NCBI GenBank assembly: GCA_020184695.1
Contig: JAANOX010000182.1
Location: 1 to 62,287 of the forward strand
Reading direction: 5' to 3'
DNA: 62,287 nucleotides
Origin: Histomonas meleagridis 2922-C6/04-290x
Lineage: Eukaryota > Protista > Parabasalia
Shown here piece after piece: positions 10,699 to 20,627 of this stretch. The notes under the pieces are model-generated. The model did no database searches. It was not told the origin of the DNA and worked only from the letters and a program-made list of their open reading frames with translations. Position 1 is the stretch's first letter, and the number at the start of each line of letters is the position of its first letter. The position numbers and the translations under genes were made by a program.

Positions 10699-12327
10699 TT
10701 ATTTATATTTATTTTCAGATATTTTAAAACCTTCTTCATCACTTTCTACTTCAATTTTATGTTGGATTATCATCCACAACAACAATGCAATTAATACCGA
10801 TCCTGAAGGTATAAACAATTTCATTGATGATTTATTTACTTTCATAAATGTATAATTTATGCTATTAGACCAAATTTCCTTATTATACGAAATACTAAAT
10901 TTCACTTCCATTTGTGAATATTTAGGTGCTATACAAGTTGCATAATTATCAGTCACATTTGAAGCGATCACAATTTTATTCCCGAAAGCACAAAAGATAC
11001 TATTTATTGACGAAGGTAATTTTTTCTTAAAAACGATTTTTATAATATTTCCACCAGTCTCAGGTCCATAATTTGGGGAAATACTTTTTATTGTTGGATG
11101 TAAACTAAAACTACCACATTGCACAATTCCATCACCTTTTAGTGGTGGATTACATACACATTTCTCATTTATTAATGTCGCTAAAGGATGACATTTACCG
11201 TAATCGATTTTGGAATTTTTATTATTTCTATTAATTTCATGAATTAATTTACTTATATTAAAAACATTTTTTTGTGATTTAGTTATATCGAAAATGTTCG
11301 ATTTACTTTCTTTGTTTTTAAATGTGCAATTAATATAAGTTAAATCCACGTTATTCGTTTTTATGTTTTCATTTTTTATATCGAAAATACAAGACATTAA
11401 ATTAATTTTTGTGTTTCTTCCGGAAAAAAGTATCTCAAAATTATTCTTTTCGAAATAAAAATTGCAAAATTCATACGAAAAATTCGATAAAATTAAAAGT
11501 GAATTATTATCTTTGGGATTATAATACGTATTATTATAAAAGAAAAAATTCGATAAATTCGAATTTGCTGACAACAAAATTGAGCACTTACATTTGTTAT
11601 GTGATAAAATAATATACTTATAAAACGAATTACTGTTTGGTGTACTATAAATTCCTAAATTTTGTAAAATTATGTTTTGCGTAATATTCGCATTTTTATA
11701 GATCTGAATGCCACCATTTGCATATAACGAATGATTAAGTGAACATTTACTGCCAAAATTTGGCGAATTTTTAATTAATATCGATTCACAACGAAGATGT
11801 GAATTAGAATTAATATAAAATGAAATGCCGTTTTGATAAGAAAAACATTTGTCAAAAATAACATTTTTGATGTTGTGTTGTTTGGCTGTCGAATATACAC
11901 CACCGCCGTTATTAGAAATACAATTGTCAAATATGGATGTTTCAATTGAAAAAATTGCATCGTTTTTATTAACAACAATACCACCACCATCGCCAGGATT
12001 AAAGCAGTTACTAAACACACACTCTTTGACATATAGTTGATGTGATGATTCAAAAAATTGTGTTTTGATTAAATTATGGTTAAAAAAAGTGGATGTAATA
12101 TTCATTGATGATAATAAAATTGGAGGTAATAAGAAAGAATCAAATTTTGATTTTAGAATTTTGAAATTGAATTTATCTTGATTTGATAAAAAAAAATTAG
12201 AAAAATGATTTTTGCATAATATTGAAGATAATTTCAAACGTACTGTATTTTTTTGATTAGAAAGTTGTAAAAATGGTGATTCCGATAATGATGAAAGAAG
12301 AACAAAACTTGAAAGAGTTACATTCAT
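10699..12327 (-). CDS. Type I membrane protein with parallel beta-helix-like repeats, an EGF-like motif and an IPT/TIG domain
   Basis: Signal-like N-terminus; FSNC..DGGG and CISNNGGG repeats; CHPLATLINEKCVCNPPLKGDGIVQC; ISPNYGPETGGNIIKI; C-terminal TM helix. Confidence 0.7.
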   Translation of the reverse strand: MNVTLSSFVLLSSLSESPFLQLSNQKNTVRLKLSSILCKNHFSNFFLSNQDKFNFKILKSKFDSFLLPPILLSSMNITSTFFNHNLIKTQFFESSHQLYVKECVFSNCFNPGDGGGIVVNKNDAIFSIETSIFDNCISNNGGGVYSTAKQHNIKNVIFDKCFSYQNGISFYINSNSHLRCESILIKNSPNFGSKCSLNHSLYANGGIQIYKNANITQNIILQNLGIYSTPNSNSFYKYIILSHNKCKCSILLSANSNLSNFFFYNNTYYNPKDNNSLLILSNFSYEFCNFYFEKNNFEILFSGRNTKINLMSCIFDIKNENIKTNNVDLTYINCTFKNKESKSNIFDITKSQKNVFNISKLIHEINRNNKNSKIDYGKCHPLATLINEKCVCNPPLKGDGIVQCGSFSLHPTIKSISPNYGPETGGNIIKIVFKKKLPSSINSIFCAFGNKIVIASNVTDNYATCIAPKYSQMEVKFSISYNKEIWSNSINYTFMKVNKSSMKLFIPSGSVLIALLLWMIIQHKIEVESDEEGFKISENKYK

Positions 12328-12370
12328 ATATTTGACTTAGGTGTGTTCGAATAGAGTTGGTCAATTTCAA

Positions 12371-12688
12371 ATGAGTAATCTGGTACAAGAAATGAATTCC
12401 CATATTGGGAATGCTTTAAAACTAATAGAGCAAGGTTGTGCTGACAACAATGAGCAAATACGTCATGAGATAAAGGAATTTTTCACAATTGCCGAACAAT
12501 TACAAAAAATTATTGCACAAAATGAAGTTTCATCCATTAATAATGTAAAATATAATGAGCTCGTAGCAATTGAACAACAGAAACAACAAATTCAAGAATA
12601 CTTAGAACATTTTGACCAAAAAATTTTAGAAATCGAAAACAAAATCAGAAGTGTTCTTGATGAAACATCACCTTTGTTAAACTGCTAA
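12371..12688 (+). CDS. Small coiled-coil hypothetical protein
   Basis: ATG at 12371 within ORF 12341-12688; heptad-like composition; divergent from the upstream gene. Confidence 0.55.
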   Translation: MSNLVQEMNSHIGNALKLIEQGCADNNEQIRHEIKEFFTIAEQLQKIIAQNEVSSINNVKYNELVAIEQQKQQIQEYLEHFDQKILEIENKIRSVLDETSPLLNC

Positions 12689-12721
12689 AAATAAAAACAA
12701 AAAAATATAAAACGACTTTAT

Positions 12722-15337
12722 TTACCAATCTGATGATGTATAACCTGACGAGTTATCAATTTTATATATATCCATTCCAGATTCAGAATTACTTTTAACA
12801 TCTTCATCGTCATCACTTTTTTCTGGCTGAGGAGAAGGAACAGGGGGCGATGGAGGTGGTGGTTCTGAGTCTTGTGAAAATGATTGACTTTTAATATCTG
12901 ATGAAGATGATGAAAATGAATTTGATGAAATCTGAACTGAACTTGAATCATCGCCAGAATCATATACATCAAACACATAACCCTTCTTCTTTGATTTCTT
13001 ACCCCTCTTCTTCTTCTTTTTATTTTTTGATGAATATGAATATGATGATTCTTTCTTATGTTTAATGTTAAGTTGATCTTTTCTATGATACCAAAGAAGA
13101 AGAACCAAGAAAGCAGTTCCAATTATGAAAAGATGTGTTGATAGCGAAAGACTTGCAGCTAAAAATGGAACACCAAATGAATAAGAATTAAACAGTTGTG
13201 GGTAGTATTCGATAATCTTATTCATCTTAATGATGTTAATAATATCAAAGAGTTTTTCGACAACATCACCAAAGCAACCGCCGACCGATGAAATCAACCG
13301 CCGAGTTTCAGTCAAAAACTTGGTGGATTGATTGAAAAAGTATGAATTCAATTCATTTACATCGTCGTAAAGAACCAAATATTGAGTGCTCAAAGAATTT
13401 AACGATTCGTTAACTTGATTCAGTCTGTTAACCAAGTCTTCTTTTGTTGTATCGTTTGCATTAAGTATTGACATTATTTGATTAATAAGCTCAAACAAAC
13501 CCGTTGAAAAGAATTCATCAAATGATTGCTTAAATGGCATATCTCCAAGTTCAGCTGAAATTTGGTCAAGGCAATCTGTAATTTCAGTTGGGAGCTCAAA
13601 GCTATTTGCAAGCCTAGAGAATGCACTAGTGATATCAACGCTAAGCTTAGAGAGATTAATAACATTTGGTAAATTTGCAACTTCTGTAAATCCAAATTCT
13701 TGTTCACTGATTTGTGAGTACAAACCAGGAATGTTTTCCATTAACTTAATTTCGTCTGGATTAAAATCGATTTTCAATCCTTCAATATTTCCAGTAATCA
13801 AGTTATTGGTTACACCAGCAAATGATATTGCAGGGATTTCTATTGTATTGTTTGGAGCTATTTCTTTAACAGCTGATTTCAAGAGTCCATCCAAAGTATC
13901 GTTTGTCAAATTTCCAGTTTCCAAACAAAGTCCGCCAATGATTGTTGCGACAAAAGCAACGAGCATTAGCAATGTGTTAAATATGAATGGGCAAACAGCA
14001 GAAGCAGATGAACAACATCTTGCAGTTGCATTATTAAAATGGAAACAAAAGTAATATAACAATGCCGTAACAATCATACATGCTCCAACTGCAATATAAA
14101 TACCTTTCCATGTTCCATAATAATTACTAAGTTGATCAATGAATTTTCCAAATCCTGAATCATGACTCGTTGAAGGTTTGTTAGCATAATCTCGAAGTTC
14201 ATTAATAACTTCATCAATACCTGCAGTACTTGGATCTATAAGTGATGCACTAATATTCATAATTTCGGAACTCAGTGTATCGGTAAAACCGCAAAAACGA
14301 TCAATTTCCTTTGAAATGCTGTCGGTTTGTGATGAGATTTCACTAAGTGCATCTGAAGGAGTTTTGAAATCAAATGTACCACCAGATGGAACATTTGGAT
14401 AGCCTTGGGTTTGCATATCTTTAAGGATTGCATTGATTTCATCGTTTGTATTGTTTGCTTTCTTGATAATATCTTGAAGTTGATTAAGATAATTTTCAAT
14501 TGTAATGATAACATTTTGTGAAATGGAATAAATTGTACCATTAAAAGTCGAAACTCTGTTTGTCATGTTTACAAAGTAAGGATTTAACATCTGATAAATC
14601 ATTCCTGTGTTACTTCCATGGAAAATTGAGTTTAAACCTTCATAAAGTGATTGGCAAATCTCTTTGAGGATAGTGGATTCAAGAATTGTCATTGGCTCGA
14701 CAAAATAATCTGCGCCTTGATATCCCATAATAAAGAAAACTGATGAAATGATAATACAGGCGATACACAAGAAAGCAAATATCTTCAGAAGACATGATGG
14801 TTGGGCGTAGGCCTTTGCTTTCCAAATGAAACAACATGCGAAAAATTGGAATAAGAAGAAAACAGTTGCTATGAGCCAGATAATAAAAACAGATAAGGAG
14901 CTATTAATGAATCCGAAAATACTTCCAATTACATCATTTGCAGTTTGAATTTGAATTCCTAAATCTTCAATGTTAAGATTAACACCAAGAAGGTCTTCTA
15001 ATTTAAGAATGTTGCCTTCCTTAACCACTGGATCAGCTGATGAATTTGTAGTTGTCTCGATTGTTGTAGATTCACCACTTGATACAGCAAACTCACCTAA
15101 TGCATTTGTAATTTCTTGAGTGAGATCAACACCACCAAGTGCATGTACTACTAATTCTTGAACTAAATTTGTAAAATCGAGTTTTTTTCCACTTGATTCA
15201 AATCCAGCGAAACTAATTTTGTTTGAATGTAAATTAGAAAGCGCTTGTAACCATACAACTACAGTTCCCGTATGCTCAGCTATTCTATCAGTATAAATTG
15301 ATGAGATAGCCTGAACTAAAAGGAAAAAGAGAACCAT
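12722..15337 (-). CDS. Multi-pass membrane protein (tweety/prominin-like topology) with a basic and Ser/Pro/acidic cytosolic tail
   Basis: Signal peptide MVLFFLL, about 5 Cys-containing hydrophobic segments separated by large helical loops, and a tail KKKKKRGKKSKKK...SSSSS...PPPPSPPVP. Family assignment is by topology only. Confidence 0.65.
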   Translation of the reverse strand: MVLFFLLVQAISSIYTDRIAEHTGTVVVWLQALSNLHSNKISFAGFESSGKKLDFTNLVQELVVHALGGVDLTQEITNALGEFAVSSGESTTIETTTNSSADPVVKEGNILKLEDLLGVNLNIEDLGIQIQTANDVIGSIFGFINSSLSVFIIWLIATVFFLFQFFACCFIWKAKAYAQPSCLLKIFAFLCIACIIISSVFFIMGYQGADYFVEPMTILESTILKEICQSLYEGLNSIFHGSNTGMIYQMLNPYFVNMTNRVSTFNGTIYSISQNVIITIENYLNQLQDIIKKANNTNDEINAILKDMQTQGYPNVPSGGTFDFKTPSDALSEISSQTDSISKEIDRFCGFTDTLSSEIMNISASLIDPSTAGIDEVINELRDYANKPSTSHDSGFGKFIDQLSNYYGTWKGIYIAVGACMIVTALLYYFCFHFNNATARCCSSASAVCPFIFNTLLMLVAFVATIIGGLCLETGNLTNDTLDGLLKSAVKEIAPNNTIEIPAISFAGVTNNLITGNIEGLKIDFNPDEIKLMENIPGLYSQISEQEFGFTEVANLPNVINLSKLSVDITSAFSRLANSFELPTEITDCLDQISAELGDMPFKQSFDEFFSTGLFELINQIMSILNANDTTKEDLVNRLNQVNESLNSLSTQYLVLYDDVNELNSYFFNQSTKFLTETRRLISSVGGCFGDVVEKLFDIINIIKMNKIIEYYPQLFNSYSFGVPFLAASLSLSTHLFIIGTAFLVLLLWYHRKDQLNIKHKKESSYSYSSKNKKKKKRGKKSKKKGYVFDVYDSGDDSSSVQISSNSFSSSSSDIKSQSFSQDSEPPPPSPPVPSPQPEKSDDDEDVKSNSESGMDIYKIDNSSGYTSSDW

Positions 15338-15855
15338 AATTTTGTTGTGGGATTTTTGAGTCAATTATATTCAATTTCTTCAAAAAAATCAAATTCTTGA
15401 ACATAAAAGAAACTATTTCCAATATTTTTGATTTATAATATAATATAAAATATAGTTGGTGTTTATTTTATGTTTTTTCTATTATTTTATGATAAATTAA
15501 AAAAATATTTGAGTTTTTATAGATCAATTTTCCCTATTCAAAAAGTAGCAATTTTTGAATGAGATTGTGTGCTTTACTTTACCGGGGATCTGGTTCAATT
15601 CCGATTTTTAATGATATCCCCGCCAGCAACATTGACAAAATTCAAAATTTCCATTTTTTGAGCAGTTTACAACAAGTTTCCAACCATTATTTGAGCTTTT
15701 TCAAATCTGCAGAACTCTTTTTTTGAAAAACTTGCATCTGTTTTATCTGTAAATCACAGTTTAATATTTAATATTATTTTAAAAAACAATAAATCACTTA
15801 AAGGTTAAAAAGTGATGATTATTTAATAATATAAGTTATATTATATTAAATTTTA

Positions 15856-16983
15856 CTAAAAGTTTAATTTTTGAAATGAGCTTTGATTCTTTGAAATTGA
15901 AAAGCTCATCTGTGTTAGTACATAACTATCTAATTTGCTCAAATCTTTCATTAATACTTCGTGTTCAATTGATTCTCTAACCAATTCTGCATGAACCATT
16001 TCTAATTCTTTATGCATTGTTGCGTATTTCTTCTTTTCTGTTGCATATTTTTTGGCAACGCTTTTTATTTCTTTGATTTGTTGTTTTTGTCTTGTCGTAC
16101 AAGATTCTAATGTTGATCGAAGTTCTTCAACTTCATTTTGTAGTTTTTGCATTACTGAAATGTGTTCATTTTGTTTATCCATTAAAATTTTTTGCTTTTC
16201 TGATATCTTATTCATTATTCCTTTCCTTGAATTAGAAATATTTTTCTTATCTTCTTGAATGATACGATTAATTTCATCACATTTATTGTTATGTTCTTGA
16301 TCAAGTTTAGTAAGTTGTTCAATTAAATTTTGAATCTCTTTTTGAAGATATTCTTCTTCTTCTTGTGTCTTTGCTAGAAGTTGTTCGATCATTTGTGTGG
16401 ATGTTTTGGAATCTTCATCGCGTTGTCTAATAGCTTCTTCATGTAATTGAAGAGATTCTTGGTGTTGTTCTTCGAGTTCTTTGATTCTGCTTTCAATTGC
16501 ATCATATTCAGAATCAACTTCTTGTTCTTCTGATTGAGGTTCTTCTAGATTAAGTAATTCTTCGTTCAATGAAGCAATTTCTTCGTCATATTGTTCTATT
16601 TCACTTGGACTATTTAATCCTAAAAAGTTTTCTTCTATCTTTGTTTGAAAATCATTAACTTCTGTTTGATGTTGTTGACTAATTCTGTCAAGTTCTTCCA
16701 GGTGTTTTGTTCTTTCTGAATTTTTTTGGTTAATAAAATTAACATCAATATCTCGAAGTTGACTAATAAGATCTTCGCACTGACTTCTATATTCATTTTC
16801 TTTTGCATTCCATTCAGATTGAAGGCTATTTAATTCGAACAATTTATTTTTTAATATATTTCTTAATTCTTGTTTTTGAATTCTTCCTCGTATTTCTGGA
16901 TTCGTTGGTGTATTTAAGTTGATTTGTTTTGATGTAGATGCAAAATCAGATTTTATTTCAGGAGTTGTTTGATTCATGCTCAT
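15856..16983 (-). CDS. Coiled-coil hypothetical protein
   Basis: 375-aa E/K/Q-rich ORF. Confidence 0.75.
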   Translation of the reverse strand: MSMNQTTPEIKSDFASTSKQINLNTPTNPEIRGRIQKQELRNILKNKLFELNSLQSEWNAKENEYRSQCEDLISQLRDIDVNFINQKNSERTKHLEELDRISQQHQTEVNDFQTKIEENFLGLNSPSEIEQYDEEIASLNEELLNLEEPQSEEQEVDSEYDAIESRIKELEEQHQESLQLHEEAIRQRDEDSKTSTQMIEQLLAKTQEEEEYLQKEIQNLIEQLTKLDQEHNNKCDEINRIIQEDKKNISNSRKGIMNKISEKQKILMDKQNEHISVMQKLQNEVEELRSTLESCTTRQKQQIKEIKSVAKKYATEKKKYATMHKELEMVHAELVRESIEHEVLMKDLSKLDSYVLTQMSFSISKNQSSFQKLNF

Positions 16984-17342
16984 TTTTTGATGTACGTTAA
17001 AGAATACGTTTGTAAATACGTTCGAACTTCGAACGAATTTTTTCCTTTAATTGATTGTGATACCTGTGTTGTTTTTATTTATCTTTATAAGAAGGAGTGT
17101 TGACCTTAACAATAAATTTCTTCATTCAGAAAAATTTTGATATTTATTTTTTTAATTGTCAAATTTTTTTTCTTTGTTTTGAAGATTCAATAAATTCACA
17201 ATAAAATTTTAAATGTATACCTTAACAATGTTTTTGACATGTTTTTCCTTAACAATGTTTCTGCAAAATCACTTTACTTTTCCAATAATTTCGAAATTAT
17301 TTTATATCAACAATGAAAACAAAGAAATAAACAAATTAACAT

Positions 17343-18350
17343 TTAGAATTTGAAGAAGTTACTCAGTATATCGGACAGAGAGCCAAACCCAAATGGATTC
17401 CATCTCTCGAGGTATGCCAACCCAACAATTGTTGTCCCAAGCACAAGAAGCGGACTCCAAGATGCAAAAAGTAAGCCAGCAGAAAGCAAAAACATTACAA
17501 CCTCAAGAGTTTGACGCGGGTTCTCCCAAAGAACTCTTTTATGGAACGAAGCGATAAATTTTCTGAACGATGAAATAAAATCTTTAGAAGATATCTCATT
17601 ATTTGTATTTTCAAAAGATCGCATAATTTCTTTCTTTTTGGGTGTCTTTGCAAAAATTTTATAAAGCCCATGTATAGCTAGTATAAGAAATATTGCACCA
17701 CATATCCATACACCGAAATTGAAAAATCTGAATATAACCGAAAACAATAAAACAACAGGAAAAGTTATCGAAAAGGCAAGACTTTCATCAATAGATATTA
17801 GTTCTTCTGCTATTTTTATGAGAAGGACAAAAAATGGTGATATTTGACCTATGGAATCAATAATGGATGTTTCAAGTGGAACTGGTCTGGGTTCAGTTTT
17901 GGTAAGACCAACATTGCTTTTGTTGAAGGATTTAAAGAATTCATTCAAAGAATTTGATTCTAATACTTTCCTTTGTAAAGCTAATGAAAGTGTATCACAT
18001 TCAACTTGACCTTGCTTCATAGCATCAGTAAGCAATGAAACAAGATCAATAAAAGGTTTGCTTTTGTCTGGATCAGAAATCATAATAGAAGTTTTTACAT
18101 TTGTTTCAATTTCTATTGCATTACAATCATAAATATCAGATTGCTTTAGTTCTATAATTTCGTTGATATAAATTGATACATTATCAACTCCTTCAATTGA
18201 AGGTTCCAAATAAATTCTTCTGTTCGTTAGATATAATACTGATGGAGTATAGATTGCTTGATTAACAACTTCTTGAATTAAGTGACATGTGTTATCACTT
18301 AATATTATAAATTCATCTGCAAGTAGAAATCCTTTTCTTAAATCAGGCAT
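17343..18350 (-). CDS. GRAM/PH-like domain protein with C-terminal membrane hairpins
   Basis: SVLYLTNRRIYLEP (GRAM-like) followed by hydrophobic segments and VLWENPRQTLEVVMFL. Confidence 0.6.
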   Translation of the reverse strand: MPDLRKGFLLADEFIILSDNTCHLIQEVVNQAIYTPSVLYLTNRRIYLEPSIEGVDNVSIYINEIIELKQSDIYDCNAIEIETNVKTSIMISDPDKSKPFIDLVSLLTDAMKQGQVECDTLSLALQRKVLESNSLNEFFKSFNKSNVGLTKTEPRPVPLETSIIDSIGQISPFFVLLIKIAEELISIDESLAFSITFPVVLLFSVIFRFFNFGVWICGAIFLILAIHGLYKIFAKTPKKKEIMRSFENTNNEISSKDFISSFRKFIASFHKRVLWENPRQTLEVVMFLLSAGLLFASWSPLLVLGTTIVGLAYLERWNPFGFGSLSDILSNFFKF

Positions 18351-18414
18351 TACAGTAAACGGTTTTGACGAACCGTTTGGTGACCGTTAAAGAGATTTTA
18401 ATAAATTTTCCAAC
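18351..18414. promoter_or_regulatory. 64-bp bidirectional promoter with clustered CCGTT/AACGG (M3/Myb-like) motifs
   Basis: AAACGGTTT, AACCGTTT and GACCGTTA lie within about 35 bp between two divergent ATGs. They match the trichomonad M3 core-promoter motif type. Confidence 0.55.
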
Positions 18415-19779
18415 ATGAAAACAGTCCTCAAAGATGAACTTGAGGAAAAGGCACTTCAGGATGTGTTAAGTGCTAACAATTTAAAATATATTGATTCAGT
18501 TTGTTGTGAAACAAAATTAGAGCTAGTTTGTTTAGAATATTGGAATCAAATTATTACAAATCTAAATTGTTATTTCGAAAAAGAAGATTCATTTAATATC
18601 TCACAAGTTCTAGGTACAATAATTGAAGTTCTTAAAGGAGCTGATGAATTACAATCAGAATGCCTTGATATATTAGAACAATCATCATTTTTCCAAAATT
18701 TACAGAAAATTCTTTTATTAGGTGATTTAGAACTCCGAATTCAAGTGTTTTTTGTTCTTTCGGCTTTTTCAGATAAATCCAGTAATTTTTGTACATTAAT
18801 TTTGAAGAATGGACTAATCGCTCAAATTCTTACTTCTTATATTGCCAACATCCAAGCTCTTCCAAAAGAACTTATGCAATCATTTCTTCATTTTCTTGGT
18901 ATCTTTAGTGAGGATTCAAGTGATTGCAGATTTACCATTTCACACTATGACGTAATCAACGTTTTTGGTACTTACCTCATCAACTGTGATGATTTCGATA
19001 TTATAGAATCCATTTTGAACTTTTTTTATTCCTTTTTTAAATATCATGAATATGGTGATTCTTTTGCTACCACCCAAATCAACAAAATATACTCTATTAT
19101 TGGTTCTTTATTCCAGCGTGCGATCAGTCAAAAATTTCCAGTCGAGAAAGTTCATACTTTTTTTCGGAAATCTTTTTGCATATTAAATTTTTGTTGTTGT
19201 GATGAAAATGAAGCAACGATTTCCTGCTTAAGCGGCGTTCCTACCTTTCTAATTAATTCGATTCAGTCTCAGTTTTTTGGAGATGCCAAAGATTTGATTT
19301 TCAATGCGATCGATCATTTGCATTTAATTTTTGTATATATTTCTTTTGAAAAATTGAATACGATAATACCGTTAATTAACTATGGTTCGTTTGTTTCTTT
19401 TCTTGATGCAAATGAACCACAACTTTTTGATTTTGTCGAAATAATTATTGAGAAAACTTTCTTTTGTTGTCCTTCCTTAATTGTGGAGTTATATGCGAAT
19501 ACTGATTTGGCTTTAAGAATGAAATGCATAACTTATAATGTCTGTTTTGCAATTAAATGTTCTTGTGCAAATTTGTTAATTACTTCAATAATTAATGCGC
19601 CAAGATTAGATGTGTTACAATTGTTTTTGAATTGTGAAATTATTGAAACATTAGTAGATCTAAGAGATGTTAAAACACTAAGAAATGCGAATTATTTAAA
19701 TGACGCACTTATGATATTGTGTAAAGTGTTACCAGAGACAGATGAAATGAGGTCTTTGATTTTATCTGCAATGGGATAA
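18415..19779 (+). CDS. ARM-like helical repeat hypothetical protein
   Basis: 454-aa intact ORF, leucine-rich and helical. Confidence 0.7.
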   Translation: MKTVLKDELEEKALQDVLSANNLKYIDSVCCETKLELVCLEYWNQIITNLNCYFEKEDSFNISQVLGTIIEVLKGADELQSECLDILEQSSFFQNLQKILLLGDLELRIQVFFVLSAFSDKSSNFCTLILKNGLIAQILTSYIANIQALPKELMQSFLHFLGIFSEDSSDCRFTISHYDVINVFGTYLINCDDFDIIESILNFFYSFFKYHEYGDSFATTQINKIYSIIGSLFQRAISQKFPVEKVHTFFRKSFCILNFCCCDENEATISCLSGVPTFLINSIQSQFFGDAKDLIFNAIDHLHLIFVYISFEKLNTIIPLINYGSFVSFLDANEPQLFDFVEIIIEKTFFCCPSLIVELYANTDLALRMKCITYNVCFAIKCSCANLLITSIINAPRLDVLQLFLNCEIIETLVDLRDVKTLRNANYLNDALMILCKVLPETDEMRSLILSAMG

Positions 19780-20627
19780 ATATTATTATTATTAATAAAA
19801 AATATTATATTAATAACTATGAAAAATCTTAGTAAAACATTTGTTTTATGATAAAAATGTATATATATTTTTAAATATTTTATTAATCACAGGATGAATT
19901 CCCATCCAACATTTAAAAACCTTGTGCTGCTCCGGATCATGTGTTGGAGTTCATGCATGAAGCATGCTACGAATGTACAAATGAAATTAATTTCATTTAT
20001 AAATGTTATGTTTGCCACAAGTCCCTTGGTGGGTTGACGATAAGAAGACATTGCAGTCATTGCGTAAACAACCTTGTTGCTCATAAATGCGATTTCTGCG
20101 GTGGCTCGTCTGTTTAATTAAACAATTACAAATTATATGGTTATCTTTTCTTTCTTTTAAGTAAATCACACTGTATTAACTTATAAAATGTACTTAACAT
20201 ATAAATCATCAACTTTATATAACGATTATTAATTCATTTCAAGTAATGTTGTCATAAAATTTTAATTTGTACTTGAAATATTTCCAGCATATACTACACT
20301 TTGCAAATGTAGTGCACTTTCAATCAGCTAACAATGTGATATATAGTAATATTGCTTAATCGATTTACTGGAAATTTGATAAAAATATAAATGTTTTCAT
20401 ATTTTAATATTATTTTTTAAATGATTCACAAATAAAAATTTAGTGGGGTTGATGTTTAGTTTTAATTTTCAAACATCTCATGTTCTTTCATTAAAGGAAT
20501 ACCACATATCGCCGATACAAACGGTCATTAATTTTCACTATAAACCGCAATGTCAAATGAACATATAATCATTGAATTCCAAATTCAACAGCAAACAAAA
20601 AACACAGAAAAATCGTCATTCCTCTCA

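Noticed and set aside
13629-14054. Antisense ORFs inside long genes (also 9156-9375, 33617-33958, 47303-47536, 52416-52730 and others)
   Set aside because: Shadow frames of real genes on the opposite strand or in another frame.
17103-17262. Three copies of CCTTAACAAT
   Set aside because: Short and AT-rich, in an intergenic region; no support for a function.
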